64,000 bases of DNA. It comes from Candidatus Binatia bacterium. GTDB taxonomy: Bacteria; Desulfobacterota; Binatia; HRBIN30. A program made the position numbers and the translations under genes. Where the stretch lies: NCBI GenBank assembly GCA_038245295.1, contig JBBRSP010000001.1:192001-256000 (forward strand). Reading direction: 5' to 3'. Below, piece by piece: positions 52,834-62,543 of this stretch (the first letter of the stretch is position 1; every line of letters starts with the position of its first letter). The notes beneath the pieces are model-generated. The model ran no database searches, was not told the DNA's origin, and saw only the letters and a list, made by a program, of their open reading frames with translations.

Positions 52834-54136
52834 CTGGCAACGAACGCCGCAACACGGCTTCAATATCGGAGATCAACACCGGCTTACGGAGGTAGGCGGT
52901 CATGCCTGCGCGCAGGCAATCGATGCGCGTCGGCGTTTCGCTGCTGGTGATGGCGATGATCGGCGTCTCGGCATGCCGGGGCTTCTGGCGAATCGCGACG
53001 GTGGCTCGAATGCCGTCGAGACGGGGCATGACGAGGTCCATTAGGATGGCATCGAAGTTGTGCGCTTCACACAATTCCACGGCCGCGGCGCCGTCGTTCG
53101 CTTGCAGGCAATCGAAGCCCAAGCGATCCAGCCAGCGCGCCGTCAGGGTTTGGGCGAAGGCGCTGTCGTCGACAACCAGGATGCGGCCGCGACGGGCGCC
53201 CCAGGGATCCGGTGCGGCGGTCGCTGTGGTGTCGCGAGCGGCTTCCGCGCCGGGTTTGTCGATGAAATCGGCGGCGATGACCGTACGATTGGCCAACTGC
53301 CGCAGCTCAGCCACCTCTGCCTCGAGCCGTGCCGCACGTTTGGCTTCGGCGCCGCACCGGAGCTCGGCGGCCTCGAGGGCGGCCAGGGCGTCGGCTGCCT
53401 GTGCGGTTGCGTCGTTGAGCTCGCGATACAGGAGCTCGACGTCCGTTCCGAGCTCAGCGATGTGCGCCTGCCGGCTTGATAACTCCGCGGCGCCCCCGGC
53501 GGAGGAAACACCACTTGCGCGAAGTTCCTGCAGCTCCTTGTGCGCCTCGAAGAAGCGGCGCTCGATCCAGCCGGAAACCTGATTCTGCTGCGAGAGAGCC
53601 TCCCGGGTATCTGCCAGGAGTCGGTTGATAGTCACGGCGTTGTCGAAGGCGCAGATCATCAGTTCGACGTAACGACTCGGATTCGAAGGCAGGAAGTGTT
53701 CTTGCCCCTGCAGTACGATTCGCACCTGGCCGCTGCCCGTCCCGGTTCCATTCCTGGCTCGGTTGGCGAGCACATGTGCGATGTTCCTCGAAATGGTCGC
53801 CGCCGTCCATGGCTTGGCGATAAAGCCATTGGCGCCGGAATGAAGGACTCGCAGCGCATCGTTGGCGGAGGCCATGGGTGTGATCAAGACCACCGGCAGT
53901 GCGGCAAGCGCGGCATCGGCGCGGATGGTCTGACAGAGCTCGTAGCCGTCCATCTCCGGGATCAGCACGTCGCAGAGAAGCAGGGCAGGGAGCTGCTGCC
54001 GCAATGCCTCCAGCGCCTCGGGACCATCCTCGACGACGGCGACTTCGTAGCCCTGTGGTTCCAGAATGGAGCGCAGCTCCGCCGCTTGAGTCGGCGTGTT
54101 CTGGACGACCAGGACTCGCGGCATCGATTCGGTCAT
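52799..54136 (-). CDS. Double receiver protein (REC-coiled coil-REC)
   Basis: CDVLIPEMDG...AKP and LVVDDS...MDLVMP..DG...RKP; overlaps the kinase 3' end by 35 bp. Confidence 0.85.
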   Translation of the reverse strand: MTESMPRVLVVQNTPTQAAELRSILEPQGYEVAVVEDGPEALEALRQQLPALLLCDVLIPEMDGYELCQTIRADAALAALPVVLITPMASANDALRVLHSGANGFIAKPWTAATISRNIAHVLANRARNGTGTGSGQVRIVLQGQEHFLPSNPSRYVELMICAFDNAVTINRLLADTREALSQQNQVSGWIERRFFEAHKELQELRASGVSSAGGAAELSSRQAHIAELGTDVELLYRELNDATAQAADALAALEAAELRCGAEAKRAARLEAEVAELRQLANRTVIAADFIDKPGAEAARDTTATAAPDPWGARRGRILVVDDSAFAQTLTARWLDRLGFDCLQANDGAAAVELCEAHNFDAILMDLVMPRLDGIRATVAIRQKPRHAETPIIAITSSETPTRIDCLRAGMTAYLRKPVLISDIEAVLRRSLPVKSSEVPPAAR

Positions 54137-54235
54137 GACCACTGTCGACGGCCGGATGGCGTCGCCCGGCAGATTCTTCGATTGGATTGATGCACCAACA
54201 GCCCTCCTCCACTTCAAACTTCCGTCGTGCGAAAA

Positions 54236-54251
54236 AGCAAATCATGTGCCG
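54236..54251 (-). promoter_or_regulatory. Candidate sigma54 promoter for the double-REC gene
   Basis: Minus strand CGGCAC-ATGAT-TTGCT. Confidence 0.6.
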
Positions 54252-54512
54252 CTATGAAGAGACGCGATGGCTATGGGAGGCAGCCTTGATTCCACCCGGT
54301 CGCGTCTCAGTCGTGCTCAGATCTCAGTGAGTCCTCCCCCAGGCGAGACACCTTGGCCTTGCGGAAGTGAGATCGGAGAACTGGCAGCGTATGGCGCGGC
54401 GATCAAACTTCACTGGCCTCCCCAGGATGATGCGGCTAAAGCCAGCCGTGATGGTCTTGAGGGCGATCAATGGAGACGCATCCTCACGAGCCGCGGCGTC
54501 AGGAGGCCAAGT

Positions 54513-54866
54513 GTGAGTCCGACCACAGGCGATCGCCTCATTCTCGACCGGGAATTTCTGTTGCTGCAAGTCGACCACGACCTGGAGTTCTTGCCCCACG
54601 TGATCGGCATCTTCCTGAAGGAGAGCCGCACTCGGCTCGCCGAGATTGCCGACGCCATGGCGAAACACGACCTTGGCGCCGTTGCCGCGGCGGCGCACTC
54701 TCTCAAAGGGTCTACGGGTGGCATCGGCGCCCAACGCGCCCACCATGCGGCGCACCTGCTCGAACGTGCCGCTCTCTTGGCCAATGCCCCGGCCGCCCTG
54801 ACCGCGTGGTCGGATCTGCAACACGAGGCTGAGACGCTGCTGAGTCAGCTCGCCGAGTCGGCGTAG
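54513..54866 (+). CDS. Stand-alone Hpt phosphotransfer protein
   Basis: AAHSLKGS motif; AGGAGG at 54501-54506 then GTG at 54513. Confidence 0.88.
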   Translation: MSPTTGDRLILDREFLLLQVDHDLEFLPHVIGIFLKESRTRLAEIADAMAKHDLGAVAAAAHSLKGSTGGIGAQRAHHAAHLLERAALLANAPAALTAWSDLQHEAETLLSQLAESA

Positions 54867-54980
54867 CTCGCCGCCACCGCCGGAAGGCTTCATCAGCCCG
54901 ATGCCGTGGGGCATCGCCCACGTTTCTGTGCGTCACAGTGTCGGTCTGAGGAACGGCGAAGCAGGAGCCGTTGTCGCCCT

Positions 54981-57236
54981 CTATTGTGGATCGATGTAGA
55001 TCGGCGACGACCAGGCGCGCTCCTCGATGTTGGCCAGGCAATCGTCGCTGGCGGCAGCGCGGTAGTCGCCGTAACACGGGTGGACTTCGAGACAGCGGCC
55101 CGACTCGTCGAGCTTGCAGCGTAGCTGCCCGCCGTTGACCGCTGGACTCGGCTCTTCGATGGCGCGTGCGTAATAGACCGCCGGCCGTTCGCTGGCGGCG
55201 AAGTCTGGGTCTTCGAACTGGACGACACAGCCGGCTTCGCTCGGTTCGCATTTGAACGTGCGCCACGGATCTTCGATGAGCTGGCGCAACGGCTCGCCGG
55301 GGCGAATCTGTGGCCGAATTCGTACGACCTCGATGCGCGTGATCTTCTTGCGTGTCTCGGACGGGTTGTTGCACTCACCGCGACAGAGATGATCGAGGCG
55401 TTCGGGCGACAACGATGTCGTGGCATACTCGGGACAGCCCGGCTTCTGCTTGAACGCGCCGACTGCGCGCACCTCGAAGCGTGGCACACCGCCCATACGC
55501 GTCTCGCTGCCCATCGGCAGTGTTTCCGGCGATCCGTCGCCGCCGGGGGAGTTCAGCAGATTGAACCACAACAGGATGCGATCACCGCTGGTGCCGTAGA
55601 CTTCCTTGCGCTTGAGCGAATTCCACACGGCGTCGCGGCTGCGGCCGTCGGCGTGCACGGCGACCAGTCCGCCGGTCATGAAGAACGACGCCTGCCGCTC
55701 CACTTCAAGTGCCGCGAAGCCGCGTTTGGCCAGCTCATGGATGTCGAGCACCGTCGATTCCGGATCCGCGGGGATCTGTCCGCCGAGCAGACGTTGGCGC
55801 CACTTCTCGTCGCGTGGTCCCGAATCCTCGGTGGTGCGTAGGCGGTCGAATTCTTTGTAGCCGGTACCGGGGCGCGCACGATGGTTGTCGCTCGACGCGA
55901 TGATACCGAAACGGAAACGACGCGGCAGGCTGGGATCGTCGAAGTTGGTGATTGCCAGGGCGTACTGCGTCGACCCGCCCGGGCGGTAGTTGAACGATGG
56001 GATGAAGCAGTCGCGACACTGACCACTGTCGAGCCATTCCTCGAAGTTGGCACCGGGCACCGAGTTGGCGCCGACGATGCTGTACTGCGCGTAGTATTGT
56101 CGCGCTGTGGCGGCGCGCTTGGCACACTCGTCTTGATTGAGCCCGGCCGCTTTGCAGCGCGCCTCGATGATTTCCCCGGCGCGCCAGCAGCTCGGCACGT
56201 AGTCGGGGCGTGGGTCGCCGCAATGCGCCGTACCTTGCTCGTCGAAGACGACTTCATGCCAGTCACGGTACTCCTCGGAGTTGCCGTGGCCCGACATGAT
56301 CTCGATCAGCAATTGGCGTTTCGGATCATGGTTGCCACCCTTGAGCTGCTTGTCCCAGGTGATCCCCGGCGGCGAGTAGAAGCCCCACGTGTTGCCGTGC
56401 GGGATGACGATGCTGTCGAAGCCCCACTGGTCGAGCTTGTCGAACAACTCCTTCGGCGTCGCGGCCGAGTCATAACAGTCGTCCGGCAGCTCTCGTTCAC
56501 CGACCCCGGCGGCACAAACCGGCGTGTCACGGATCTCCTTCATGAAGTGCATGAAATTGTAGTACCGCTGGCGCAGCGGGAAGTCGGCGATGGCGGCCAT
56601 CGGTGACATGCCGCCGACGGAGCTGCGCAACGCATCGGTGGCCATACCGCCGGCGCCGATCGGCCGGGTCGGCACCTCGTCCTCCTTCAGCCCGCTGAAG
56701 ATGACATTCTTGTGTCCGTAGTGTTCGGCCGGCGTTTGGCCAACCTGGCTCCATTCGAAGCCAAGGAATACCGCGACATCGGGATTGTTCGGATCACCGG
56801 CGATGGCGTTGCATTGGCGGATCGCCTCCTTGGTCTCGCGCCAGCGTTGCGGCGTGCTCGCTTCGGCGTGATCGTTGATCGACCAGAAGTCGAGGTTCGA
56901 ACAGAAACGCGCGTAGTCGCAGGCGTCGGCCAGTGGATGGGCGCCGTCGCCTTGCAGCATCGGCAGACTCCATAGGAATGCATCGGTGGAGAACGTCGTG
57001 TGCACGTGCAGGTCGCCGAAAAGAATCTGCTTCGGCTGTGTCGCGCTCAACGCCTTGGCGGCGTTGAGCTGGGCGCGGGCGCGTTGGGCGATCGCCGCCT
57101 CGGGGACGCGTTTCGCCGTCGGCACCCCAGGCCCTTCGTGGACGCCGTACACCCGCATCCAGGCTCCAGCTAGGTAACCGCCGACGACAAGGACGAAGAG
57201 AACGATCACCGTCAGAATTAGTTTGCCGCGCGACAT
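54981..57236 (-). CDS. DUF3604 domain protein (PHP-like, membrane anchored)
   Basis: FGDLHVHTTFSTDA, DFWSINDH, IPHG, SSDNH, KEVYGTSG, ERAWSSPI. Confidence 0.9.
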   Translation of the reverse strand: MSRGKLILTVIVLFVLVVGGYLAGAWMRVYGVHEGPGVPTAKRVPEAAIAQRARAQLNAAKALSATQPKQILFGDLHVHTTFSTDAFLWSLPMLQGDGAHPLADACDYARFCSNLDFWSINDHAEASTPQRWRETKEAIRQCNAIAGDPNNPDVAVFLGFEWSQVGQTPAEHYGHKNVIFSGLKEDEVPTRPIGAGGMATDALRSSVGGMSPMAAIADFPLRQRYYNFMHFMKEIRDTPVCAAGVGERELPDDCYDSAATPKELFDKLDQWGFDSIVIPHGNTWGFYSPPGITWDKQLKGGNHDPKRQLLIEIMSGHGNSEEYRDWHEVVFDEQGTAHCGDPRPDYVPSCWRAGEIIEARCKAAGLNQDECAKRAATARQYYAQYSIVGANSVPGANFEEWLDSGQCRDCFIPSFNYRPGGSTQYALAITNFDDPSLPRRFRFGIIASSDNHRARPGTGYKEFDRLRTTEDSGPRDEKWRQRLLGGQIPADPESTVLDIHELAKRGFAALEVERQASFFMTGGLVAVHADGRSRDAVWNSLKRKEVYGTSGDRILLWFNLLNSPGGDGSPETLPMGSETRMGGVPRFEVRAVGAFKQKPGCPEYATTSLSPERLDHLCRGECNNPSETRKKITRIEVVRIRPQIRPGEPLRQLIEDPWRTFKCEPSEAGCVVQFEDPDFAASERPAVYYARAIEEPSPAVNGGQLRCKLDESGRCLEVHPCYGDYRAAASDDCLANIEERAWSSPIYIDPQ

Positions 57237-57511
57237 TCGAAACCCCTCCCGAAAATGACCGTCGTTGCGGCGCAGGGTGGGACCCCGTGGCATGCCGAGC
57301 TGCGTGTGCAGCCCGCTAGATCCCTGGTCGTCATTCTTGCCTGCGCGGGAGCGACGGTTTTCTTCTCACAGTTCGTTTAGTGACAGACTCCTTCGCCTCG
57401 ATGACGAAAGCCATACCATGGTGGACACCTATCGGGAAAAGGAGGGGCGCGTGAATTTCACCGGATGCCACGCGTCAGAGACCGCCGTTATGCCGAACCG
57501 AAGGAGATACC

Positions 57512-57901
57512 ATGAATGGAATCGTCGTAGTCGTCGATGACGACGTGAATACTCGGGTGATCACCCAAACATTGTTGGACAGTCGTGGCTGGCAAGTGCG
57601 CTGGGCACGTGACGTTGGTGAGGCGATGCAACAATTGACGGATGTCCCCGCCGAGGCGACAGTGCTCGATCTCAGCTTGTCCACAGCAAGTGATCTCAAC
57701 GACCTGCGCCGATTGCACCAGGCCTGGCCGTTGTTGCCAGTGGTGGTCATCACCGATCGCACTGAGCCCGATCTCGAACGCTTCGCGCGCCAATCGGGCG
57801 CCGCGGCACTGTTACACAAGCCCACCGATCTCAATCACTTCATGCGCGTTCTCGACGGCACACTCAGCCGCGCCACCGGTCGCCGCAGCGATGCGGCGTG
57901 A
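57512..57901 (+). CDS. Single-domain response regulator
   Basis: AAGGAG RBS; VVDDD, VLDL, VIT, LHKP. Confidence 0.85.
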   Translation: MNGIVVVVDDDVNTRVITQTLLDSRGWQVRWARDVGEAMQQLTDVPAEATVLDLSLSTASDLNDLRRLHQAWPLLPVVVITDRTEPDLERFARQSGAAALLHKPTDLNHFMRVLDGTLSRATGRRSDAA

Positions 57902-58076
57902 GCGCCATCTGATTGTTTCGACGTGTCCTGACGCCGCGTGAGATGGATACGCCGACCGCGGGCTGAGGAGACACCTTCTCGCCGCCCGCTTCGGAGAAGA
58001 AGCAGCCCAACTCCGTTCCGACTCAGGTCGCCAACTCTGTTCATCCAACGCGACGGCTGTGGTAGCGGTAGCAGCG

Positions 58077-59804
58077 ATGACCAACGCCGAACTTGCCGCG
58101 GTCCTACGCCACATCGCCTTGCTGCTCGATATGGACGGTGTGCCCTTCAAGCCGCGCGCCTATGAGAAGGCGGCGAATGCGATCGACAGCGTGACGGAGC
58201 CCCTCGGAGACCTCTTCGGACGCGACGGCATCGCCGCCATCGAGGAGCTGCCCGGTGTCGGCAAGAGCATCGCCGGCAAAATCGCCGAGCTCATCGAGAC
58301 CGGGCAATCCACATACTACGAGCAGCTGCACCGCAAGGTGCCTGTGGACCTTCCGGGCTTGGCCGCGATCGAAGGCCTCGGACCGAAGCACATCAAGACT
58401 CTCTACGACGATCTCGGCGTGCGCACGGTCGCCGATCTCGAGGCGGCGGCACTCGCCGGGCGGATCCGCACGCTGCCGCACTTCGGCGAGAAGAGTGAAC
58501 AGAAGATTCTCAAAGGCATCGGCTTCGTCAAAGCCAGCAGTGGCCGCTTTCCGCTCGGTGTCGCCTTGCCACTGGTCACAGCGATCGCCGCGCGTCTCGA
58601 AGAGCGCAAAGGGGTGCAGCGGGTCGCCGTGGCAGGCTCTCTGCGTCGCCGCAAGGAGACGATCGGCGACGGCGATATCCTGGTGGTCGGACGTGATGCG
58701 GCGGCGATCATGGACTTCGTCGTTGCCATGCCCGAGGTGGTCCATGTCCACGCCAAGGGGCCGACCAAGACCAGTGTCAAGCTCAATACCGGAATGGACA
58801 TCGACGTGCGTGTCGTCGCCAACGAAAGCTTCGGGGCGGCGCTGCTGTATTTCACCGGCAGCAAGGCGCACAATGTCGAGCTGCGTAAGTTGGCCATCGC
58901 CAAGAAACGCAAGCTCAACGAATACGGCGTCTTCCGCGGCGAGAAGATGATTGCCGGGCAGACCGAAGAGGAGGTCTACACCTGCCTCGGCCTCGACTAT
59001 GTGCCGCCGGAGATTCGCGAAGACCGCGGCGAGATCGCTGCGGCGGCAAATGGCACATTGCCGAAACTCATTGACTACGGCGACGTGCGGGGCGACCTGC
59101 AGACGCAAACCGACTGGACCGACGGTGCCGATTCAATCGAAGCGATGGTGGCCGAGGCCAAACGACTCGGGCGCGAATACATCGTCATCACGGATCACAC
59201 CCAGGGGCTGGCAATGATGGGGGGCTGCGACGAGAAAAAGCTGGCGCAGCAAATGCGCGCCATCGATAAGCTCCGCACGGAGGTCAGCGGCATCACGATC
59301 CTCAAGGGTGCCGAGGTCAACATCAACAAAGACGGTACACTCGACATCGCCGACGAAACCTTGGCGCAGCTCGACGTCGTTGGCGTGGCGGTGCACTCGT
59401 ACTTCAACCTGGCGCGGGCCGAGCAAACGCGTCGGATCATTCGGGCCATGGAGAACCCGCACGCCGACATCCTCTTCCATCCAACCGGTCGAGTACTGCA
59501 GAAGCGCGCCGCCTATGAGCTCGATATCGACGCGATCATCAAAGCGGCGAAGCGCACCGGCACGATCCTGGAGATCGATGCCCATCCCGAACGCCTCGAC
59601 CTGAACGACGATCACGTGCGCCAGTGTGTCGCGGCCGGTGTGCCGCTGTCGATCGATACGGATGCCCACAGCGTCACCCATCTCGACTACCTCCACTTCG
59701 GTATCGCCATGGCGCGCCGCGGCTGGGCGACGAAGGCGGACGTGGTCAATACGAAGCCGGTCAAACAGTTCCTCTCCTCACTCAAAAAAAGTGCGGTGCC
59801 GTAG
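58077..59804 (+). CDS. polX: DNA polymerase/3'-5' exonuclease PolX
   Basis: HhH motifs, AGSLRR.KETIGDGD, YFTGSKAHN, LNEYG, PPEIRE, C-terminal PHP (TDH, HPTGR, TDAH). Confidence 0.95.
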   Translation: MTNAELAAVLRHIALLLDMDGVPFKPRAYEKAANAIDSVTEPLGDLFGRDGIAAIEELPGVGKSIAGKIAELIETGQSTYYEQLHRKVPVDLPGLAAIEGLGPKHIKTLYDDLGVRTVADLEAAALAGRIRTLPHFGEKSEQKILKGIGFVKASSGRFPLGVALPLVTAIAARLEERKGVQRVAVAGSLRRRKETIGDGDILVVGRDAAAIMDFVVAMPEVVHVHAKGPTKTSVKLNTGMDIDVRVVANESFGAALLYFTGSKAHNVELRKLAIAKKRKLNEYGVFRGEKMIAGQTEEEVYTCLGLDYVPPEIREDRGEIAAAANGTLPKLIDYGDVRGDLQTQTDWTDGADSIEAMVAEAKRLGREYIVITDHTQGLAMMGGCDEKKLAQQMRAIDKLRTEVSGITILKGAEVNINKDGTLDIADETLAQLDVVGVAVHSYFNLARAEQTRRIIRAMENPHADILFHPTGRVLQKRAAYELDIDAIIKAAKRTGTILEIDAHPERLDLNDDHVRQCVAAGVPLSIDTDAHSVTHLDYLHFGIAMARRGWATKADVVNTKPVKQFLSSLKKSAVP

Positions 59805-59828
59805 GGTTGGGCTAGGGCGCAGGGCGCG
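59801..59828 (+). repeat. GTAGGGC-family arm beginning at the polX stop codon
   Basis: GTAGGGTTGGGCTAGGGCGCAGGGCGCG. Confidence 0.55.
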
Positions 59829-59937
59829 GTGCGTTGCTCCCATTCACCAACTACCGAGTTTCGCCGTTTGTCAGCCGCCCAGATGACGCGGCCGCGCGCC
59901 GTTCATTCGTCGAAGTGTATGTGTTACCTTCGCCCCC

Positions 59938-60366
59938 GTGCGCCAACGGGAAAACCCCGCTCCCACCGTGGATGCGATCATCGAGCTGCCGCAGGGAATC
60001 GTTCTGATCAAGCGACGTTTCGAGCCGCAAGGCTGGGCTCTCCCCGGCGGCTTCGTCGAATACGGCGAGACGGTCGAGACCGCGACGATCCGCGAGGCGC
60101 GCGAAGAGACCGGTCTGGAAATTACCCTGACCCATCTCCTTGGTGTCTACTCCGACCCGCGCCGCGACCCGCGCCGTCACACCATGGCAGTCGTGTTCAT
60201 CGCGCAAGCTCGAGGCATGCCTGTTGCGGGTGACGACGCGGGCGATGCGATGATCTGCGACGAGGCGTCGCTGCCATCACCCATCGCGTTCGATCACGCA
60301 CAAATTCTCTCCGACTACTTCGAGTTTAAGCGGTCCGGTCGACTACCATTGATCCGTCAATTCTGA
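59938..60366 (+). CDS. NUDIX hydrolase (ADP-ribose pyrophosphatase-like)
   Basis: [28 protein letters not shown]udix box; YSDP.RDPR; AFDH. Confidence 0.93.
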   Translation: MRQRENPAPTVDAIIELPQGIVLIKRRFEPQGWALPGGFVEYGETVETATIREAREETGLEITLTHLLGVYSDPRRDPRRHTMAVVFIAQARGMPVAGDDAGDAMICDEASLPSPIAFDHAQILSDYFEFKRSGRLPLIRQF

Positions 60367-60373
60367 CACGGAA

Positions 60374-60410
60374 CGTAGGGCTTTTTGGGTAGGGCGTGTC
60401 CAGGCGTAGA
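60374..60410 (+). repeat. GTAGGGC-family arm
   Basis: CGTAGGGCTTTTTGGGTAGGGCGTGTCCAGGCGTAGA. Confidence 0.65.
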
Positions 60411-60440
60411 ACGCTCCCCCTGAACATGGTCGTCGACGAT

Positions 60441-62390
60441 CTAGGTTGCGTCCTCGGGCGACGATGAGTGCGCCATGCGTGCGAACCAACCGCCGGCGTT
60501 GACGAGATCTTGCGGCGTGCCGATCGAGACGACGTTGCCTGCATCGATGACGACAACCTTGTCGGCGTCCTGAACCATCGAGAAACGATGCGCAATGACC
60601 AGTGCTGTACAACGGTGGCGCATGGTGGCGAGCGCTGCCTTGACCTCTAGCTCGGTGGCAAAATCCAGATTAGCGGTGGCTTCGTCGAGCAACAGGATCG
60701 GCGATTTGGAGACGAAAGCGCGCGCCAATTGCAAGCGCTGGCGTTCGCCAACCGACAGGCCGACGCCACTTTCGCCGATCTCGGTGTCCAGACCCTCCGG
60801 CAAGCGCTCGAGTACACGGCTCAAGCCCGCCGCTTGAACCGCTTCCATCACATCAGCGTCGCTGGCGTCGGCGCGTTTGTAGCGGATGTTGTCGGCCAGG
60901 CTGGCGCGGAAGATGGCGCCGTCGGTCGAGACGACGCTGATCGCCTGGCGGATGGTCGATGGTTCAACGCCGCTGAGCGGTTGGCCGTCGATCAAGATGC
61001 TTCCCGAGGTTGGCTCGTGCAGCCGCAGGAGAAGATCGGCGATCGTTGTCTTACCGGCACCGGATGGGCCGACCAATGCCGTCAACGTGTGCGGCTCGAG
61101 AGTGAAGCTGATGCCGTGCAGGACTTCGCGATCCTCGGTGTAGCCGAAGTGCACATCGCGAAACTCGACGCGCCCGGGGCCCGTGGTCAACGACGTGCCA
61201 TGCGGCTCCGTGTCGTTCACGGTGCGCAATTGCAGGGCGCGATCGAGAGACAATGCATGTTCCTGCAGAGTCTTGAAGACCGTCGTGAGCGAATCGATCG
61301 GATTGTAGAGGCGGTCGAGGTAACTCACGAACATGACGACGTCACCGGGTGTGAGCTGGTGGTCGAGGACTGCCCAGCCGCCGTACGCCAGCACCAGCGC
61401 TTGACCGAGTTGCTGCAGCAGCGATTGCCAGAACAGGTAGCGATTGGCGACGCGGTTGCGGTCGAGATACGTCTCGTAGGCGGCGCTGGTCGACTCGGCG
61501 AGTCGTTTGACCTCGCGGTTTTCGGAACCACTCAGCTTGACCGTCTTGATACCGGCGATGGTCTCGAGGATTTGCGCCGACACTTGTTCCCAGAGACTGT
61601 AATAACGCGGCAGATTGGTCTCGAGCTCGCGCGCCGAACGCCGCGCCAGAATGAAATAGGCTGGTACGGTGCCGAGAGCGACCAGGGTGAGCGGGACACT
61701 CTGGCTGAACATGATGGCGAACGTGCCGACGATGCGAAACACCTCTGGAAGTAGGTCCTTCGCGAGTGCCGTGATGATCGGCGCCACCTGATCGGATTGA
61801 TCGATCTGTTTGGCAATGACGCCGCTGCTGCGTGGTCCGAAGAAACGCAGCCGCAAGTTCAACACGTGGGCGAACGTCGAGCTGATGAAGTCCTCTTCGA
61901 TGCGATTGGCCGCGGCGGTCGCGGTGTTGTCGGCCAGCAGGTTGAATAGTTGCGCCGTCAGGCCGGTGATGAACAAGCCGACGACGGCGAGCAGCAGGGT
62001 TTTGAGCATTTCCGTCGGCGTGCGCGGCGCGACCCGGCCGTGACGATGTAGACGGTGGACCTTATGCGCGCGCGGCGGTGTCGGCGTCGGCTTTTGCTCG
62101 GCGGCGACCGCTTCTCGAACCAGCCCGGTCGCCGGCAAGAACGGCGGCATCGGCGCCGAGCTGACGTCGAGGTCGGTGCTGCTGCGCGACGCGGCGCGGC
62201 CGACGAAGACGCCGGCGACGTCGTCGATGGCAACGCGATAGATCAGCGGCTCGAAGAGCGCCGCGATTGCGCTGAAGGCGGCAAAGATGGCGACGAGCAA
62301 CAAACGCCAGCGATACGGCCACGCCAGACGAAACACGGCATACCACGGATGGGCCGCGGCGTGGGTTTCAACGGTAGGTTCGCGGGTCAC
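60441..62390 (-). CDS. ABC exporter, fused permease/ATPase
   Basis: TM domain, GPSGAGKT, LSVGERQR, LLLDEATANLD, IAHR. Confidence 0.93.
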   Translation of the reverse strand: MTREPTVETHAAAHPWYAVFRLAWPYRWRLLLVAIFAAFSAIAALFEPLIYRVAIDDVAGVFVGRAASRSSTDLDVSSAPMPPFLPATGLVREAVAAEQKPTPTPPRAHKVHRLHRHGRVAPRTPTEMLKTLLLAVVGLFITGLTAQLFNLLADNTATAAANRIEEDFISSTFAHVLNLRLRFFGPRSSGVIAKQIDQSDQVAPIITALAKDLLPEVFRIVGTFAIMFSQSVPLTLVALGTVPAYFILARRSARELETNLPRYYSLWEQVSAQILETIAGIKTVKLSGSENREVKRLAESTSAAYETYLDRNRVANRYLFWQSLLQQLGQALVLAYGGWAVLDHQLTPGDVVMFVSYLDRLYNPIDSLTTVFKTLQEHALSLDRALQLRTVNDTEPHGTSLTTGPGRVEFRDVHFGYTEDREVLHGISFTLEPHTLTALVGPSGAGKTTIADLLLRLHEPTSGSILIDGQPLSGVEPSTIRQAISVVSTDGAIFRASLADNIRYKRADASDADVMEAVQAAGLSRVLERLPEGLDTEIGESGVGLSVGERQRLQLARAFVSKSPILLLDEATANLDFATELEVKAALATMRHRCTALVIAHRFSMVQDADKVVVIDAGNVVSIGTPQDLVNAGGWFARMAHSSSPEDAT

Positions 62391-62449
62391 GGATGCACGT
62401 TAGTCCGTTGCGCCGCCCTAGGCGAGCTTGCGCAGGGCCACGAAAACGT

Positions 62450-62532
62450 CGGGGTAGGGCGTTTGGCGTAGGGCGTGGCAAGGTGTTCGCAACGCTGCAC
62501 ATCCCACGACCGACCCCAAACGGCTTACCTCG
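62450..62532. repeat. Complete GTAGGGC-family palindromic element flanked by a duplication of the aminotransferase 3' end
   Basis: CGGGGTAGGGCGTTTGGCGTAGGGCGTGG is inverse to CCACGACCGACCCCAAACGGCTTACCTCG; AGGCGAGCTTGCGCAG occurs at both 62420 and 62546. Confidence 0.82.
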
Positions 62533-62543
62533 TCCCGCGTCGC

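Noticed and set aside
54267..54512. N-terminal extension of the Hpt ORF (likewise the long starts given for glnK, argF, batC, hppA and xerC)
   Set aside because: Better RBS-linked or stop-coupled starts lie downstream, and the extensions are not domain-like
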